This document shows positions 17,703 through 27,886 of a DNA stretch of 64,000 nt, in pieces. How positions within the stretch are numbered: position 1 is the first letter of the stretch; each line of letters begins with the position of its first letter. The translations under genes and the position numbers were made by a program. This stretch comes from Myxococcota bacterium (lineage in GTDB: Bacteria; Myxococcota_A; UBA9160; UBA4427): the NCBI GenBank assembly GCA_965250285.1, contig OZ252299.1, positions 2,144,001 to 2,208,000 on the forward strand, given 5' to 3'. The notes under the pieces were generated by a model. The model made no database searches. It saw only the letters and a list, made by a program, of their open reading frames with translations, and was not told the origin of the DNA.

Positions 17703-18289
17703 GAGCCCGCCTTCGAGAGCATCTCGACGATGTGCTTGACCGGCTTCGAGTAGACCAGCGTCTGGGTCTCTTCGCCGAGCTCGGGATCGGGCGTGTACGC
17801 GAGGCTCGGCGCGTCGAGCGAGAACGTGGTGTCGATGTCGTCGGTGTTGCCCCGGGGATCGAGCCCGATCCAGCGCTCGCGATCGGCGAGATAGACCCCG
17901 ACGAAGCCGTGCAGCGCGAAGCGACCCGGGTCTGCATCGGATCGAAGTCGCTGGAACGCGAAGCCCGCCGGAATGCCGCAGCCACGGATCATCGCCGCCA
18001 GCAGATGGCTCTTCGCGTAGCAGAGGCCGTGACCGGCGCGAAGCACCTGGCTTGCGTTGCAGGTCAGCTCGTCGGTCTCGATGTCGAAGCTGTGGTGGAT
18101 CTCGTCCCGCACGAACTCGAAGAGCGCCCGCAGGCGATCGTCGATGCCGCTCAGCTCGGCGGTCAACGCGCGCGTCTTCTCGTACACGATCGGCGTTTGC
18201 CAATCGACGACGATCGTGTCTTCGACGTAGCCGTTGAGGCTCGCTTCGACCGGCTCGAGTCGCCACCGATTCTGCTCGTCGTCGCTCAC
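17663..18289 (-). CDS. Transglutaminase-like family protein
   Basis: FEFVRDEIHHS, GLCYAKSHLLAA, LHGF, WIGLDPRGN (Cys-His-Asp triad). Confidence 0.85.
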   Translation of the reverse strand: MSDDEQNRWRLEPVEASLNGYVEDTIVVDWQTPIVYEKTRALTAELSGIDDRLRALFEFVRDEIHHSFDIETDELTCNASQVLRAGHGLCYAKSHLLAAMIRGCGIPAGFAFQRLRSDADPGRFALHGFVGVYLADRERWIGLDPRGNTDDIDTTFSLDAPSLAYTPDPELGEETQTLVYSKPVKHIVEMLSKAGSLERARRTLPDSV

Positions 18290-18379
18290 CCGATCCTCCC
18301 GGCCGCCTGCCCGGCCTCTGCTCTGGCTCGCGTCTGGGCGCCCTTGAACGCCCGGCCTGCATCGACGACGCTCGCCCCC

Positions 18380-18613
18380 ATGAGCGACGAAGCGCCCGCC
18401 GAGCCGGTCCGCATCCCCCTCGATGATCTCGACGACGCGACCCTGCGCCGGGTCGCCGAAGAGATCGTGACGCGCGACGGCACCGACTACGGCGCCGTCG
18501 AGCGATCGCTCGAAGACAAGACCGAGCGACTCCTGCGTGAGCTCCGCAGCGGCCGGGCCGCGCTCTGGTTCGATCCCGAGACCGAGACGACCAGCGCCGA
18601 GCCCGAGCCCTGA
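18380..18613 (+). CDS. YheU family protein
   Basis: IPLDDL..ATL....EEIVTRDGTDYG...L..K...L.SGRA.LWFD pattern. Confidence 0.8.
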   Translation: MSDEAPAEPVRIPLDDLDDATLRRVAEEIVTRDGTDYGAVERSLEDKTERLLRELRSGRAALWFDPETETTSAEPEP

Positions 18614-18638
18614 ACCGTCGCCGCGTTCGCCCGTGCGC

Positions 18639-19313
18639 TCAGACGCTCACCCAGCTGCGATCCTCGGTGCCCGGCGGCACCGTCATGCCGTCCCAGTGCC
18701 AGCCGGCGATTTCACGCAGCGGTGGCTGCACGTAGCCTGCGGGCAGACACTCGTCGGCGACGAAGAAGGCGTTCGGCGACCAGGTGTCGGTGTGGACGAG
18801 CGTGTAGCCCTTGTCGCGACCGAGCTTCTCGAACGCCGCCAGACTCGCGCTGTGGTAGCAGGTCTCGTCCCAGACGTGGTCGGCGCGGTACTCGATGGTC
18901 TTGGCATCGTGGAGCTCGAAGAAGATGTTGTACTCGACCACCACCACCCTCGGCCGGTAGCGCCCGATCGCCTTCCAGACCCACCAGTCGTTGCCGTCGA
19001 TGTCGATCGAGAGCAGATCGAAGCTCTCGGGCACGCCGTACTTGTCGAAGAGCGCCTCGACGTTCTCGGCCGACACGAACTCGCGCTTCACGAGCTCGCC
19101 ATCGGCGCGGTCGCTGCCCTCCATCAGCAGCCCCTGCCAGCCGTGGTCCTGGCGCAGGTGGGCCGTATTCGAGAGGTGCTCGCCATCCCAGGCCCCGAAC
19201 TCGACGAAGCGGCGGTTCGTCGCACCAATGACGTCGAAGATGCGCTGCAGCACGCCGTCCTCGCCGAACTGCGAGCGCACCTGCTTCTCGTACTGCCTGA
19301 GGTCTTCGAGCAT
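18639..19313 (-). CDS. Putative FkbM-like methyltransferase-fold protein
   Basis: SQFGEDG, FVEFGAWDG, DLLSIDIDGND, PRVVVVEYN, NAFFV; AGGAAGG RBS. Confidence 0.65.
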   Translation of the reverse strand: MLEDLRQYEKQVRSQFGEDGVLQRIFDVIGATNRRFVEFGAWDGEHLSNTAHLRQDHGWQGLLMEGSDRADGELVKREFVSAENVEALFDKYGVPESFDLLSIDIDGNDWWVWKAIGRYRPRVVVVEYNIFFELHDAKTIEYRADHVWDETCYHSASLAAFEKLGRDKGYTLVHTDTWSPNAFFVADECLPAGYVQPPLREIAGWHWDGMTVPPGTEDRSWVSV

Positions 19314-19449
19314 GCGGATCCTTCCTGGGGGTGTGAGGCGGGCGGGAATGTAGGCCGCATCCGCGGCGGGGGCATGACAGGGGCGCCGGGGTCGGCGCGC
19401 GGCGCCATGCTACGTTGCGCGCGACGCAGCCCCCCCGCCGGAGCCCCCG

Positions 19450-19734
19450 ATGAATGATCACGGCAAGATTCAGCTGTACAAGAAGGTCCTGCTCGGCGTC
19501 TGGATCTTCGCGGCGCTCTCGTTCGTGCCGCCCTTCAGCTCGATGCCGATCGCGCCGCTCGGCAAGAACGTCTTCGGCATCATGTTCTTCGTCCACCTGA
19601 TCGAGTGCGTGGTGTTTCTCGGAACCCTGCGCTCGACCGGCAATCCGCTCGCGAACGAGCTCGCCCAGACGATGGTGTTCGGCGTGCTGCGCTACCGCGA
19701 GATCAAGATCGAGCAGGCCGGCTCGGGCGCCTAG
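19450..19734 (+). CDS. Small membrane protein (DUF1145-like)
   Basis: Hydrophobic segments, VHLIEC and QTMVFGV motifs. Confidence 0.55.
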   Translation: MNDHGKIQLYKKVLLGVWIFAALSFVPPFSSMPIAPLGKNVFGIMFFVHLIECVVFLGTLRSTGNPLANELAQTMVFGVLRYREIKIEQAGSGA

Positions 19735-19744
19735 CGCCCGCCGT

Positions 19745-21265
19745 TCAGCCGGCGCCCTCGCCCCAGAGCCAGAGCGCGGCGTAGCCGCGCCAGGGACGCC
19801 AGGCCTCGGCGCACTCGGCGAGCGCGCGCTGGGTCACCGGCTCGCCCTTCGAACCCAGACGCTGACGGAGCACCAGGTCGCCCGCCGGGAACGCATCGGG
19901 CTCGCCGAGGGCGCGGAGCGCGACGTAGTGCGCCGTCCACGGGCCGATGCCGGGCAGCGCGCAGAGCCGCGAGATCGTGTCCTCGAGCGGCCGGCCCGGC
20001 TGCAGCAGATCGGGCTCGGCCTGCACCGTCTCGGCGAGCGCGCGCAGCGCCCGCACCCGCATGCCGGTCAGACCCAGCCCATCGAGATCCGCGGCCGCGA
20101 GGGCCGCGGGCGACGGGAAGAGCGACGCGAGCCCGGCCTCACGGGCAGCCGCGCCCACGGTGGCCGGCTCGCCGCACCGCTCGACCAGGCGACGCGCAAA
20201 CGTGATGCCGCCCTTGACGCTCACCTCCTGCCCGAGGACGGCGCGAACGGCCAGCTCGAACGCGTCCCATGCACCCGGGACGCGTCGCCCCGGCGCGGCC
20301 CGCACGGCGGGCGCCAAGCGCGCGTCTGCGCCGAGCCAGCGTTCGATCGCCACCGGGTCGGCGCGCAGATCGAACTGCGAGCGCACGCGATCCGCCGCGG
20401 TGGTCAGGGTCGCGGGCCGGTCGAGATCGACCCGGGCGACCAGCGCCGCCTCGCTGGCACAGCGCTCGACCCGTAGCGTGCCGACGGCCGCGCCCAGTCG
20501 GATCGTTCGCCACAGCGCCCCGGCGTGGACGACCTCGACCCCGGGCAAGGCATGGGAGTCAAAAAACGCAATCAATCCAGCCCAGTCAAAGGGTTCTCGA
20601 TAGCGAAGCTTGAAGGAGATCCCCGAGCCATGCTCGGCCCGCGCGGCCGCTTTCGAGCGGGCACGCCGGGCGCGCCCCGGCGCCACCGCACGCAGCTCGC
20701 TGGGCGACCGCTCGAAGCCGCCGCGCACGGCTGCATTGAACCGCCGCACGCTGCGATAGCCCGCGGCCAGCGCGACCTGGGCCATCGGCAGATCGGTCTC
20801 GTCGATCAGCTTCTTGGCGAAGTGCAGGCGACGGGTCTGCGCGACGGCGCCGGGCGAGGCGCCGAGGTGCTCGGCGAAGAGCCGACGCAGGTGCCGGTCA
20901 CCGACACCGAGTCGATCCGCGAACCGGGGCAGATCGTCATCGTCGAGCGCCCCGTCGTCGATGAGCCGGAGCGCGCGCTCGACCGTAGCCGACGTGCCCG
21001 CCCAGGCGGGCGTACCGGGCGCCGTCTCGGGCCGGCACCGCAGACAGGGCCGGAACCCGGCCTCCTGAGCTGCGGCGGCGCAGGTCAGGAAGACGCAGTT
21101 CGCGCGGCGCGGCGTACGCGCGGGACACACCGGGCGACAGTAGATGCCGGTGCTGGTGACGCCGACGAAGAAGCGCCCGTCGAAGCGATCGTCCCGGGTC
21201 GAGAGCGCCCGGTAGCAGACGTCGGGGTCGAGCAGCGCCCCGGTGGTTTCGAGAGGCTCGGACAC
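19745..21265 (-). CDS. alkA: Ada Zn domain-AraC-AlkA DNA-3-methyladenine glycosylase fusion
   Basis: TGIYCRPVC, GFRPCLRCRP, AraC HTH, VLGQEVS, LPGIGPWTA, DAFPAGD. Confidence 0.9.
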   Translation of the reverse strand: MSEPLETTGALLDPDVCYRALSTRDDRFDGRFFVGVTSTGIYCRPVCPARTPRRANCVFLTCAAAAQEAGFRPCLRCRPETAPGTPAWAGTSATVERALRLIDDGALDDDDLPRFADRLGVGDRHLRRLFAEHLGASPGAVAQTRRLHFAKKLIDETDLPMAQVALAAGYRSVRRFNAAVRGGFERSPSELRAVAPGRARRARSKAAARAEHGSGISFKLRYREPFDWAGLIAFFDSHALPGVEVVHAGALWRTIRLGAAVGTLRVERCASEAALVARVDLDRPATLTTAADRVRSQFDLRADPVAIERWLGADARLAPAVRAAPGRRVPGAWDAFELAVRAVLGQEVSVKGGITFARRLVERCGEPATVGAAAREAGLASLFPSPAALAAADLDGLGLTGMRVRALRALAETVQAEPDLLQPGRPLEDTISRLCALPGIGPWTAHYVALRALGEPDAFPAGDLVLRQRLGSKGEPVTQRALAECAEAWRPWRGYAALWLWGEGAG

Positions 21266-21387
21266 CCGGGCAGGCTATCGCAGCGACCCGCGTCGACTGG
21301 CCGCTTTCGGACGTGGCCGTGCGGCCCGCCGGGCCGGCATCGACGCCCCTGCCGCCAACGGGCCCCGAACGCTGCAGCGCCCGGGCC

Positions 21388-23388
21388 TCAGCGTCCGCGC
21401 CGGCGTCCGGCCGAGCGCCGACCGCCCTCGCGCGCGGCGCGCCGGTAGCCGGGCGCCGCATCGCCCGCCCGCGGCCGCGAACCATCTCGACCGTCGCCGC
21501 CGCGCCGGCGCCCGGCGCGCGCGGCCGGGACCAGGCAGCCGGGCCCCGCGCCGATCAGCTCGGAGCGGCCGGCGCGCTCGAGGGCCGAGCGCACCAGCGC
21601 GTGATTCTCGGGCACCCAGTACTGCAGCAGCGCCCGCTGCTCGTCACGGGCGCGCTTCGAATGGGCCGAGTAGACGGGCGCGAGCGTCTCGGGGTCGAGG
21701 CCCGTGTGGTAGATGCAGGTCGCGATGTCCATGGGTGCCGGGATGAAATCCTGAACTTGTCTGGGGCGATAGCCACGTTGCTTCAGGTAGACCGCGAGCT
21801 CGATCGCGTCCTCGAGCTCGCTGCCCGGGTGGCTCGCGATGAAGTACGGCACCAGATACTGCTCCTTACCGGCGCGCTCGGAGGCGGCGATGAACGCGTC
21901 GGCGAAGGCGTCGAAGCTGTCGGCCGGGGGCTTCTTCATGAAGCGCAGCACGCGGTCGCTCACGTGCTCGGGGGCGACCTTGAGGTGGCCGCCGACGTGG
22001 TGCGCGGCGAGATCTTCGAGGTACTCGGGCTGATCGGCGGCGAGATCCATGCGGATCCCCGAGGCGACGTGCACCCGCTTCACCCCTTCGACCTCGCGCG
22101 CCCGCCGCATCAGATCGACGAGCGCGTCGTGGCTCGTATCGAGCAGCTTGCAGATCTTCGGCGCGACGCACGAGAGACGTCGGCACTTCGCCTCGACCTC
22201 GGGCCGCGTGCAGCGCATGCGATACATGTTCGCCGTCGGCCCGCCGACGTCCGAGACGTGGCCCTTGAAGTCGGGGCGCTGCGCGATCGCCTCGACCTCG
22301 CGGATCACCGAGTCGGCGCTTCGGCTCTGGATCGCCCGCCCCTGGTGCATGGTGATCGAGCAGAAGCTGCAGCCGCCGAAGCAGCCGCGCATGATCTGCA
22401 CCGAATCCTTGATCGCCTGCCAGGCGGGGACGTCCTCGCCGTAGTCGGGGTGGGCGCGCCGCACGAAGGGCTGCTCGTGCACTGCGTCGAGGGTCGGCTC
22501 GTCGAGCGGCAGGGCCGGTGGGTTCAGTACGACCCGACGGTCGCCGTGCGCCTGCACGAGGCGGCGGCCATTGCGCGGATTCGTCTCGGCATGCAGCCGG
22601 CGCGTCGCGATCGCGAAGGCCTCGGGCTCGCTCTTGACCGCCTCGAAAGCCGGCAGCTCGATGGTCGTGCCGTCGCAGGCCTCACCGAAGTCGGGGCATG
22701 GCGGCAGCGTCTCGCTCTTGCCGAGCAGGTAGCCGACGCCCCGCATGTCGCGGAGATCTTCGACACGCTCCCCCGCGTCGAGTCGCTGCGCGATCTCGAG
22801 CAGCGTCGACTCGCCCATCCCGAACCCGAGCAGGTCGGCCTTCGAGCTCACGAGGCTGCTCGGCCGCACGGTGTCGGACCAGTAGTCGTAGTGCGCGATC
22901 CGACGCAGCGACGCCTCGACGCCTCCGGCGATGACCGGCACCTGCTTGAAGGCCTCGCGGCAGCGTTGGGCATAGACCGCGGTGGCGCGGTCAGGGCGGC
23001 GCCCGATGGCGCCGCCGGGGGAGTACGCGTCGGCGCCGCGGCGCTTCTTTGCGGCCGTGTAGTGATTGATCATCGAGTCCATGTTGCCGGCGCTCACCGC
23101 GTAGAAGAGCCGCGGTGCGCCGAGCGCCCGCCAGGGCTCGGCGCTCTTCCAATCGGGCTGGCAGAGCAGCGCGACCTTGAAGCCATGGGCCTCGAGCCAG
23201 CGACCGAGGACGGCCGCCGCGAAGGAGGGGTGATCGATGTACGCGTCGCCCGACACGAAGACGACATCGGCCTGGGTCCAGCCCCGCGCGCGCATCTCGT
23301 CGGCGCTGGTCGGCAGGAAGGCCGAGCGATCGGGCGGCGGCACTTCGGCGCGGCGGCGCGCGCGCGGCTTGGAGGAGCGTCGAGACAT
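21388..23388 (-). CDS. ygiQ: YgiQ family radical SAM protein
   Basis: SGDAYIDHPSF, GNMDSMINHYT, RGCFGGCSFC, DVGGPTANMY, PYFIASHPG. Confidence 0.92.
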   Translation of the reverse strand: MSRRSSKPRARRRAEVPPPDRSAFLPTSADEMRARGWTQADVVFVSGDAYIDHPSFAAAVLGRWLEAHGFKVALLCQPDWKSAEPWRALGAPRLFYAVSAGNMDSMINHYTAAKKRRGADAYSPGGAIGRRPDRATAVYAQRCREAFKQVPVIAGGVEASLRRIAHYDYWSDTVRPSSLVSSKADLLGFGMGESTLLEIAQRLDAGERVEDLRDMRGVGYLLGKSETLPPCPDFGEACDGTTIELPAFEAVKSEPEAFAIATRRLHAETNPRNGRRLVQAHGDRRVVLNPPALPLDEPTLDAVHEQPFVRRAHPDYGEDVPAWQAIKDSVQIMRGCFGGCSFCSITMHQGRAIQSRSADSVIREVEAIAQRPDFKGHVSDVGGPTANMYRMRCTRPEVEAKCRRLSCVAPKICKLLDTSHDALVDLMRRAREVEGVKRVHVASGIRMDLAADQPEYLEDLAAHHVGGHLKVAPEHVSDRVLRFMKKPPADSFDAFADAFIAASERAGKEQYLVPYFIASHPGSELEDAIELAVYLKQRGYRPRQVQDFIPAPMDIATCIYHTGLDPETLAPVYSAHSKRARDEQRALLQYWVPENHALVRSALERAGRSELIGAGPGCLVPAARAGRRRGGDGRDGSRPRAGDAAPGYRRAAREGGRRSAGRRRGR

Positions 23389-23539
23389 GGTGCGGGGCTC
23401 GGTCAACCGGGGGAACTCCGGGACGCTAGCTCACACCGGCCGCGGGCCCCGGCGAGCCTCACCGGCGCTCGGGCGCGGCGGGCCACGACCGGCTCCAGAC
23501 GGCCCCCGCGCGACGTGCCGTGCGGGCTAGCGTCCGCCC

Positions 23540-24673
23540 GTGTCCTGTCCCCATCGCCCGCCCTGCCCCGGCTGCCCGCGCTACGGCGACGCCGCTCCCG
23601 CCCCCGACGCGGTCGCTCGACTCGAAGCGCTCGCGGTCGAGGCCGGTGGCGTCGACGTGCGGCTCGAACAGGGGCCGGCGACGGGCTACCGCCACCGCGC
23701 CCGGCTGGCGGTGCGCGGTCGCGCCCGTTCGCCGAAGGTCGGGCTCTTTCAGCTGGGCACGCATCGCATCGTCGACATCCCGCGTTGCGAGCTGCACCAC
23801 CCGGCGATCAACGCCGTGGCCGCGGCGCTCAAGTCGGCCATTCGCGAGACCGGCGTCTCGCCGTACGCCGACGCCCCCCACCGCGGCGTCGTGCGCTACC
23901 TGCAGTGCGTCGTGCAGCGCAGCGACGCCACCGTGCAGGTCGTCGTCGTCGCAAACGAAGACGAGCCCGACGAGACGACGCCCGTGCTCGAACGGCTCGA
24001 GGCCGCGCTGGGCCCGCAGCTCCAGGGCCTGTTCTTCAACGGCCAGCCCGAACGCACGAACGCGATCCTCGGCCCGCACTGGCGACACGTCGCCGGTGCA
24101 AAGGCCACGCGGGAGCGCATCGGTGGCGCGGACGTGTTCTTTCCGCCCGGCGCCTTCGGGCAGGCGAACCTGCCGCTCGCCGACCGGCTCGTCGAGCGGC
24201 TCCACTCGCACGTACCCCACGGCGCCCGGGTGCTCGAATGCTACGCGGGCACGGGCGCCATCGGATTGGGGCTCGCCGAGCGGGCGAACGCACTCGCGAT
24301 GAACGAGCGCAGCCCCGACGGCCTGGCCGGCCTGCGGCTCGGGATCGCGGCGCTGCCAGTCGAGGTGCGAGATCGCATCGAGGTCGTCGAGGGGGCTGCC
24401 GCGGTCGCGGCGCCGCGCCTCGGCGGCGCGGGCGCGCCCGACGTCGTGATCGTCGACCCGCCGCGCAAGGGACTCGACGCGCCGCTGCGCGCGCGCCTCG
24501 AAGCCGATCCGCCCGAGCGTCTGCTCTACGTGAGCTGCGACGTCGACTCGTTCGTCGACGACGCACGCGCGCTCACCGCAGCGGCGCGCCTACGGCTCGT
24601 CGCGCTCGAGGCGTGGGCGTTCTTTCCGTTCACGGATCACGTCGAGGTGCTCGCCCGCTTCGAGCGGGCTTGA
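23540..24673 (+). CDS. RNA m5U methyltransferase, TrmA/RlmD family
   Basis: N-terminal Cys cluster CPHRPPCPGC, FGQAN, YAGTGAIG, DPPRKG, YVSC, FPFTDHVE. Confidence 0.88.
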   Translation: MSCPHRPPCPGCPRYGDAAPAPDAVARLEALAVEAGGVDVRLEQGPATGYRHRARLAVRGRARSPKVGLFQLGTHRIVDIPRCELHHPAINAVAAALKSAIRETGVSPYADAPHRGVVRYLQCVVQRSDATVQVVVVANEDEPDETTPVLERLEAALGPQLQGLFFNGQPERTNAILGPHWRHVAGAKATRERIGGADVFFPPGAFGQANLPLADRLVERLHSHVPHGARVLECYAGTGAIGLGLAERANALAMNERSPDGLAGLRLGIAALPVEVRDRIEVVEGAAAVAAPRLGGAGAPDVVIVDPPRKGLDAPLRARLEADPPERLLYVSCDVDSFVDDARALTAAARLRLVALEAWAFFPFTDHVEVLARFERA

Positions 24674-24706
24674 AGCGGCGCGGCGGCAGTCGAACGAACG
24701 CGGGGC

Positions 24707-25348
24707 TCAGGCGCCGTCGGGCGCGTTCTCCTCGGTGGCGCCGGTGCCGGGGGGTGCATCGTCGACGGTGCCCGTGGGTGCGTCGGTGCCCGGCTGGATC
24801 GCGCCGCCCGTCGTCGTCTGCACGTCGGTGTTGGGCGGATCCTGCTTCGGCGCGCGTCCCGAGAGGCCCGCGAGCGCGGCCGTCGGCAAGGTCACGACGT
24901 CGAAGGTCAGCGTCCACGGCCGCACCCAGCGGATGCCGGTCGGGCTGAGGTCGGTGTCGGTCGCGAGCCCCTTGGTCATCGCAAAGAAGTAGCCGGGGTC
25001 GTAGGCCCAACCGCGGGTCTCGGGGTTCACCGTACCGCCGGTGTTCGGCGGATCGCCGTAGACGCCCTCGTCGGGGCCCGGCACGTGGCCGATGGGCTCG
25101 ATCGGGCCCTGGCCGGGCACGCGGGGCGCGCCATCGCCCGAGACGTTCATCGGCACCACGCCCTCGGCATTCAGGGTCCCGGGAGGCGGCGTGCCGTCAT
25201 CGGTGCCGATGGCCTCGACACCGTCCTTCATCTCGACGTCCGGCGGCGGCGCCGTGTGGTCATCGGCCGTAGCCGCGCTCGCGACCCCGAACGCACAGCT
25301 CGCAAAGATGGCCGCGATGGCCGCCTCTCGGATCTGAAATCGCTTCAT
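24707..25348 (-). CDS. Secreted Pro/Gly/Thr-rich hypothetical protein
   Basis: Signal peptide (AAIAAIFASCAFGVASAATA), acidic low-complexity body, GC3-biased codons. Confidence 0.6.
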   Translation of the reverse strand: MKRFQIREAAIAAIFASCAFGVASAATADDHTAPPPDVEMKDGVEAIGTDDGTPPPGTLNAEGVVPMNVSGDGAPRVPGQGPIEPIGHVPGPDEGVYGDPPNTGGTVNPETRGWAYDPGYFFAMTKGLATDTDLSPTGIRWVRPWTLTFDVVTLPTAALAGLSGRAPKQDPPNTDVQTTTGGAIQPGTDAPTGTVDDAPPGTGATEENAPDGA

Positions 25349-25370
25349 CTCGCGTGGAGTCCTCTCTCGT

Positions 25371-25414
25371 GTCTCGTCGGGTCTCGTCGGGTCTCGTCGG
25401 GTCTCGTCGGGTCT
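25371..25414. repeat. 10-bp tandem repeat (GTCTCGTCGG) x4.4
   Basis: Perfect copies at 25371, 25381, 25391 and 25401. Confidence 0.95.
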
Positions 25415-25635
25415 GAGGCAGCCGTCCCGCGCGGCGACCCCGCCGCGGGCGCCCCGAGTATACCGGTCCCTCGCGCGGCGCTGCTGCTGCCAACTGCTGT
25501 CAGCTCGGTCGGCCGCACGCGCGCCGCGCCGCCCCGCCCCGAGCCCCGCTGGCATCGAAGGGGGCGCGGCCAACGGCGATCGCCGTCGGCCCGCCTGCCC
25601 CACGCTCTCGCATCCCCAAGCCGGAGGAGTCCACC

Positions 25636-26271
25636 ATGCCCATCCTGCACGGCGCCAACGCATCGCCCTTCGTACGCAAGGTGCGCGTCGCCCTCGCCCA
25701 CAAGCACATCGAGCACGAGCACATCCAGGTCGTGCCGTTCGGCGTGAGCGACGAGTACAAGAAGCTGAGTCCACTCGGAAAGATCCCCTGCTACGAGGAC
25801 GGCGATCTCGTGCTGCCCGACTCGTCGGTGATCTGCCAGTACCTCGAGATGGTGCAGCCGACGCCGGCGCTCTACCCCAACGAGCCCGGCCCGCTCGCCC
25901 GCGCACTCTGGTACGAGGAGCACGCCGACACCCGGGTGGTCGAGGCCTGCTCGACGATCTTCTTCCAGCGCTACGTCCGCCCGAACTTCTTCCAGCAGGA
26001 TCCCGACGAAGATCTGATCAAGCAGTCGCTCGAGACGAAGCTGCCGATCGTGCTCGACTATCTCACCGAAGAGCTCGGCGACCGCGACTTCCTCATCGGC
26101 GATCAGATGACCATCGCCGACGTCGCCACCGCGAGCCCCTTCGTCAACATGGAGCTCGGCGGTGAGAAGCCCGACGCGCAACGCTGGCCGGTCGCGGCCG
26201 CGTACATCGAGCGCGTGCTCGGCCAGCCAGCGTTCAAGCCGATCTACGAAGAAGACCTCGGGCGCGGCTGA
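25636..26271 (+). CDS. Glutathione S-transferase family protein
   Basis: SPFVRKVR, SPLGKIP, DSSVICQYL, TIAD; GGAGGAG RBS. Confidence 0.92.
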   Translation: MPILHGANASPFVRKVRVALAHKHIEHEHIQVVPFGVSDEYKKLSPLGKIPCYEDGDLVLPDSSVICQYLEMVQPTPALYPNEPGPLARALWYEEHADTRVVEACSTIFFQRYVRPNFFQQDPDEDLIKQSLETKLPIVLDYLTEELGDRDFLIGDQMTIADVATASPFVNMELGGEKPDAQRWPVAAAYIERVLGQPAFKPIYEEDLGRG

Positions 26272-27048
26272 TCAGGCCGCAGCGTGGGCGGCCCGGCGAA
26301 ACACGCGGGTCGCCCACTCGAGGCCGTGGTCGTCGTGCGACTCGGTGCGGATCGGCGTACCGAGCGTCGCCGTGATCGCAGCCCACGACACGAACGCGCC
26401 GACGCGATCACGCGCCGCGAGCTCGGGCGCACGACACGCGCTCAGCCAAAGCTCGTCCACGAGGCCAGCACCCTCGTAGAGCGTCTGCGTCGTGTGGGCA
26501 CCGGCTTCGACGAGCACGCTGCGCGCGCCACGCACGCTCTGCAGATGGGCGATCAGAGAAGCGGCGCTCGGCGCGGCGTCTTCGACGACGATCGCGTGGG
26601 GCGGCGTCGCGGGATCGGCGCGCAGCCGCCCGGCGCCCGCGGCGCCCGAATAGAGGATCAAGCGCTCGGCGGCGGCGAGCGCCGGGTGCCCGGCCGGCAG
26701 ATCGCCGCTGCCGGTCAGCACGGCCACCCAGGGCGGCCCGTCGAGGCCCAGCGCGCGACGCCACGCACCGAGGCTGCCGGTCACGTCGGGGGCGGCGATC
26801 GAGCCGTGCACGAGCTCGGGCTCGTCGCGCAGGATGCGCCCGGTCGTCAGAATCGCGTCGGCGCGGGCCCGCGCGCCCGAGAGCACCACCGCGTCGCTGT
26901 CGCTGCGAGGTGCCCCCTCGCCCACGCGCAGCGTCTCGAGCGCACCGGCGGGCGGCTCCCAGACCGCCGCGACGTGCAGCACGCCGGCTGGATCGCACGG
27001 GACGTCGCCGACCCAGCGCGCAAGCTCGGGGGGCGTCGCGACGCTCAC
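26272..27048 (-). CDS. RibD C-terminal (reductase) domain-like protein
   Basis: RARADAILT, VLTGSG, SVLVEAG, GLVDELWL. Confidence 0.7.
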   Translation of the reverse strand: MSVATPPELARWVGDVPCDPAGVLHVAAVWEPPAGALETLRVGEGAPRSDSDAVVLSGARARADAILTTGRILRDEPELVHGSIAAPDVTGSLGAWRRALGLDGPPWVAVLTGSGDLPAGHPALAAAERLILYSGAAGAGRLRADPATPPHAIVVEDAAPSAASLIAHLQSVRGARSVLVEAGAHTTQTLYEGAGLVDELWLSACRAPELAARDRVGAFVSWAAITATLGTPIRTESHDDHGLEWATRVFRRAAHAAA

Positions 27049-27078
27049 CGCGGCTCCCGGGACGCCTCGAACGGGGCC

Positions 27079-27876
27079 TCAGGCACGGGCGGCAGACGCC
27101 TGCAGTCGCTCGCGAAAGAACGCCAGCGTGCGGTCGAGGGCCGCCTTCGTCGGGTGGCCCTCGCGATCGACGAGATCTTCGGTGAGCACGCTGTGCGCGG
27201 TGCCCGGGATGTCGTCGGCGTTGCCCTTCGACGAGTCGATCTCGATCGCCTCGAAGCCCTCACCCAGCTCGTCGCGCAGGCGCTCGAAGCGCTCGGCCGG
27301 GACCAGCGGGTCGCCGGTGAAGCGCAGCCCCAGCACGCACTGGCCCTCCTGGCACACGCGACGCTTGACCACGGCGAGATCGTCGTCGGAGATGTGCAAC
27401 CCCCGGCGACGTTCGGCCCCGATCGGGAACGGCAGCGAAGGCTGCGAAAGCACCGGAGCCATCACGCAGTCATCCACCATCAAGCTGAGCGCGAAGTTGC
27501 CCGTGAGGCACATCCCGACGGCACCGACCCCCGGCCCGCCGAGTTCACCGTGCACGTCGCGACAGAGCGCCCGAAGCCAGTCGGTGATCGGGCTGCTGCC
27601 ACGCGAGGCCAGCACATGAAACTCGCGGCTGATGCACGCGCGCGCGATCTGCGAGAGGGCGTAGCCGGGCGTCACCGGCTTCATCACCTCGCCGAACAGA
27701 TCGGGCATGACGGCCGTGAACCCCACATCGGCCACCCGTCGCCCGAACTCGGCCACGGTGGGGTGGAGGCCGGGCACCTCGTGCATGATCACCACGCCCG
27801 GCCCCGATCCAGCGCGGTACAGTGCCCGCGTCTGGCCGCCGAACGTGAACTCACCGCGGTCGAATCCCTCGATCAT
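27079..27876 (-). CDS. Dienelactone hydrolase family protein
   Basis: VIMHEVPG, GAVGMCLTG nucleophile elbow, AHSVLT. Confidence 0.85.
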   Translation of the reverse strand: MIEGFDRGEFTFGGQTRALYRAGSGPGVVIMHEVPGLHPTVAEFGRRVADVGFTAVMPDLFGEVMKPVTPGYALSQIARACISREFHVLASRGSSPITDWLRALCRDVHGELGGPGVGAVGMCLTGNFALSLMVDDCVMAPVLSQPSLPFPIGAERRRGLHISDDDLAVVKRRVCQEGQCVLGLRFTGDPLVPAERFERLRDELGEGFEAIEIDSSKGNADDIPGTAHSVLTEDLVDREGHPTKAALDRTLAFFRERLQASAARA

Positions 27877-27886
27877 GGACGTGAAT

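Noticed and set aside
21313..24948. 1211-aa plus-strand ORF
   Set aside because: Antisense to ygiQ and out of frame with the RNA methyltransferase; no recognisable domain
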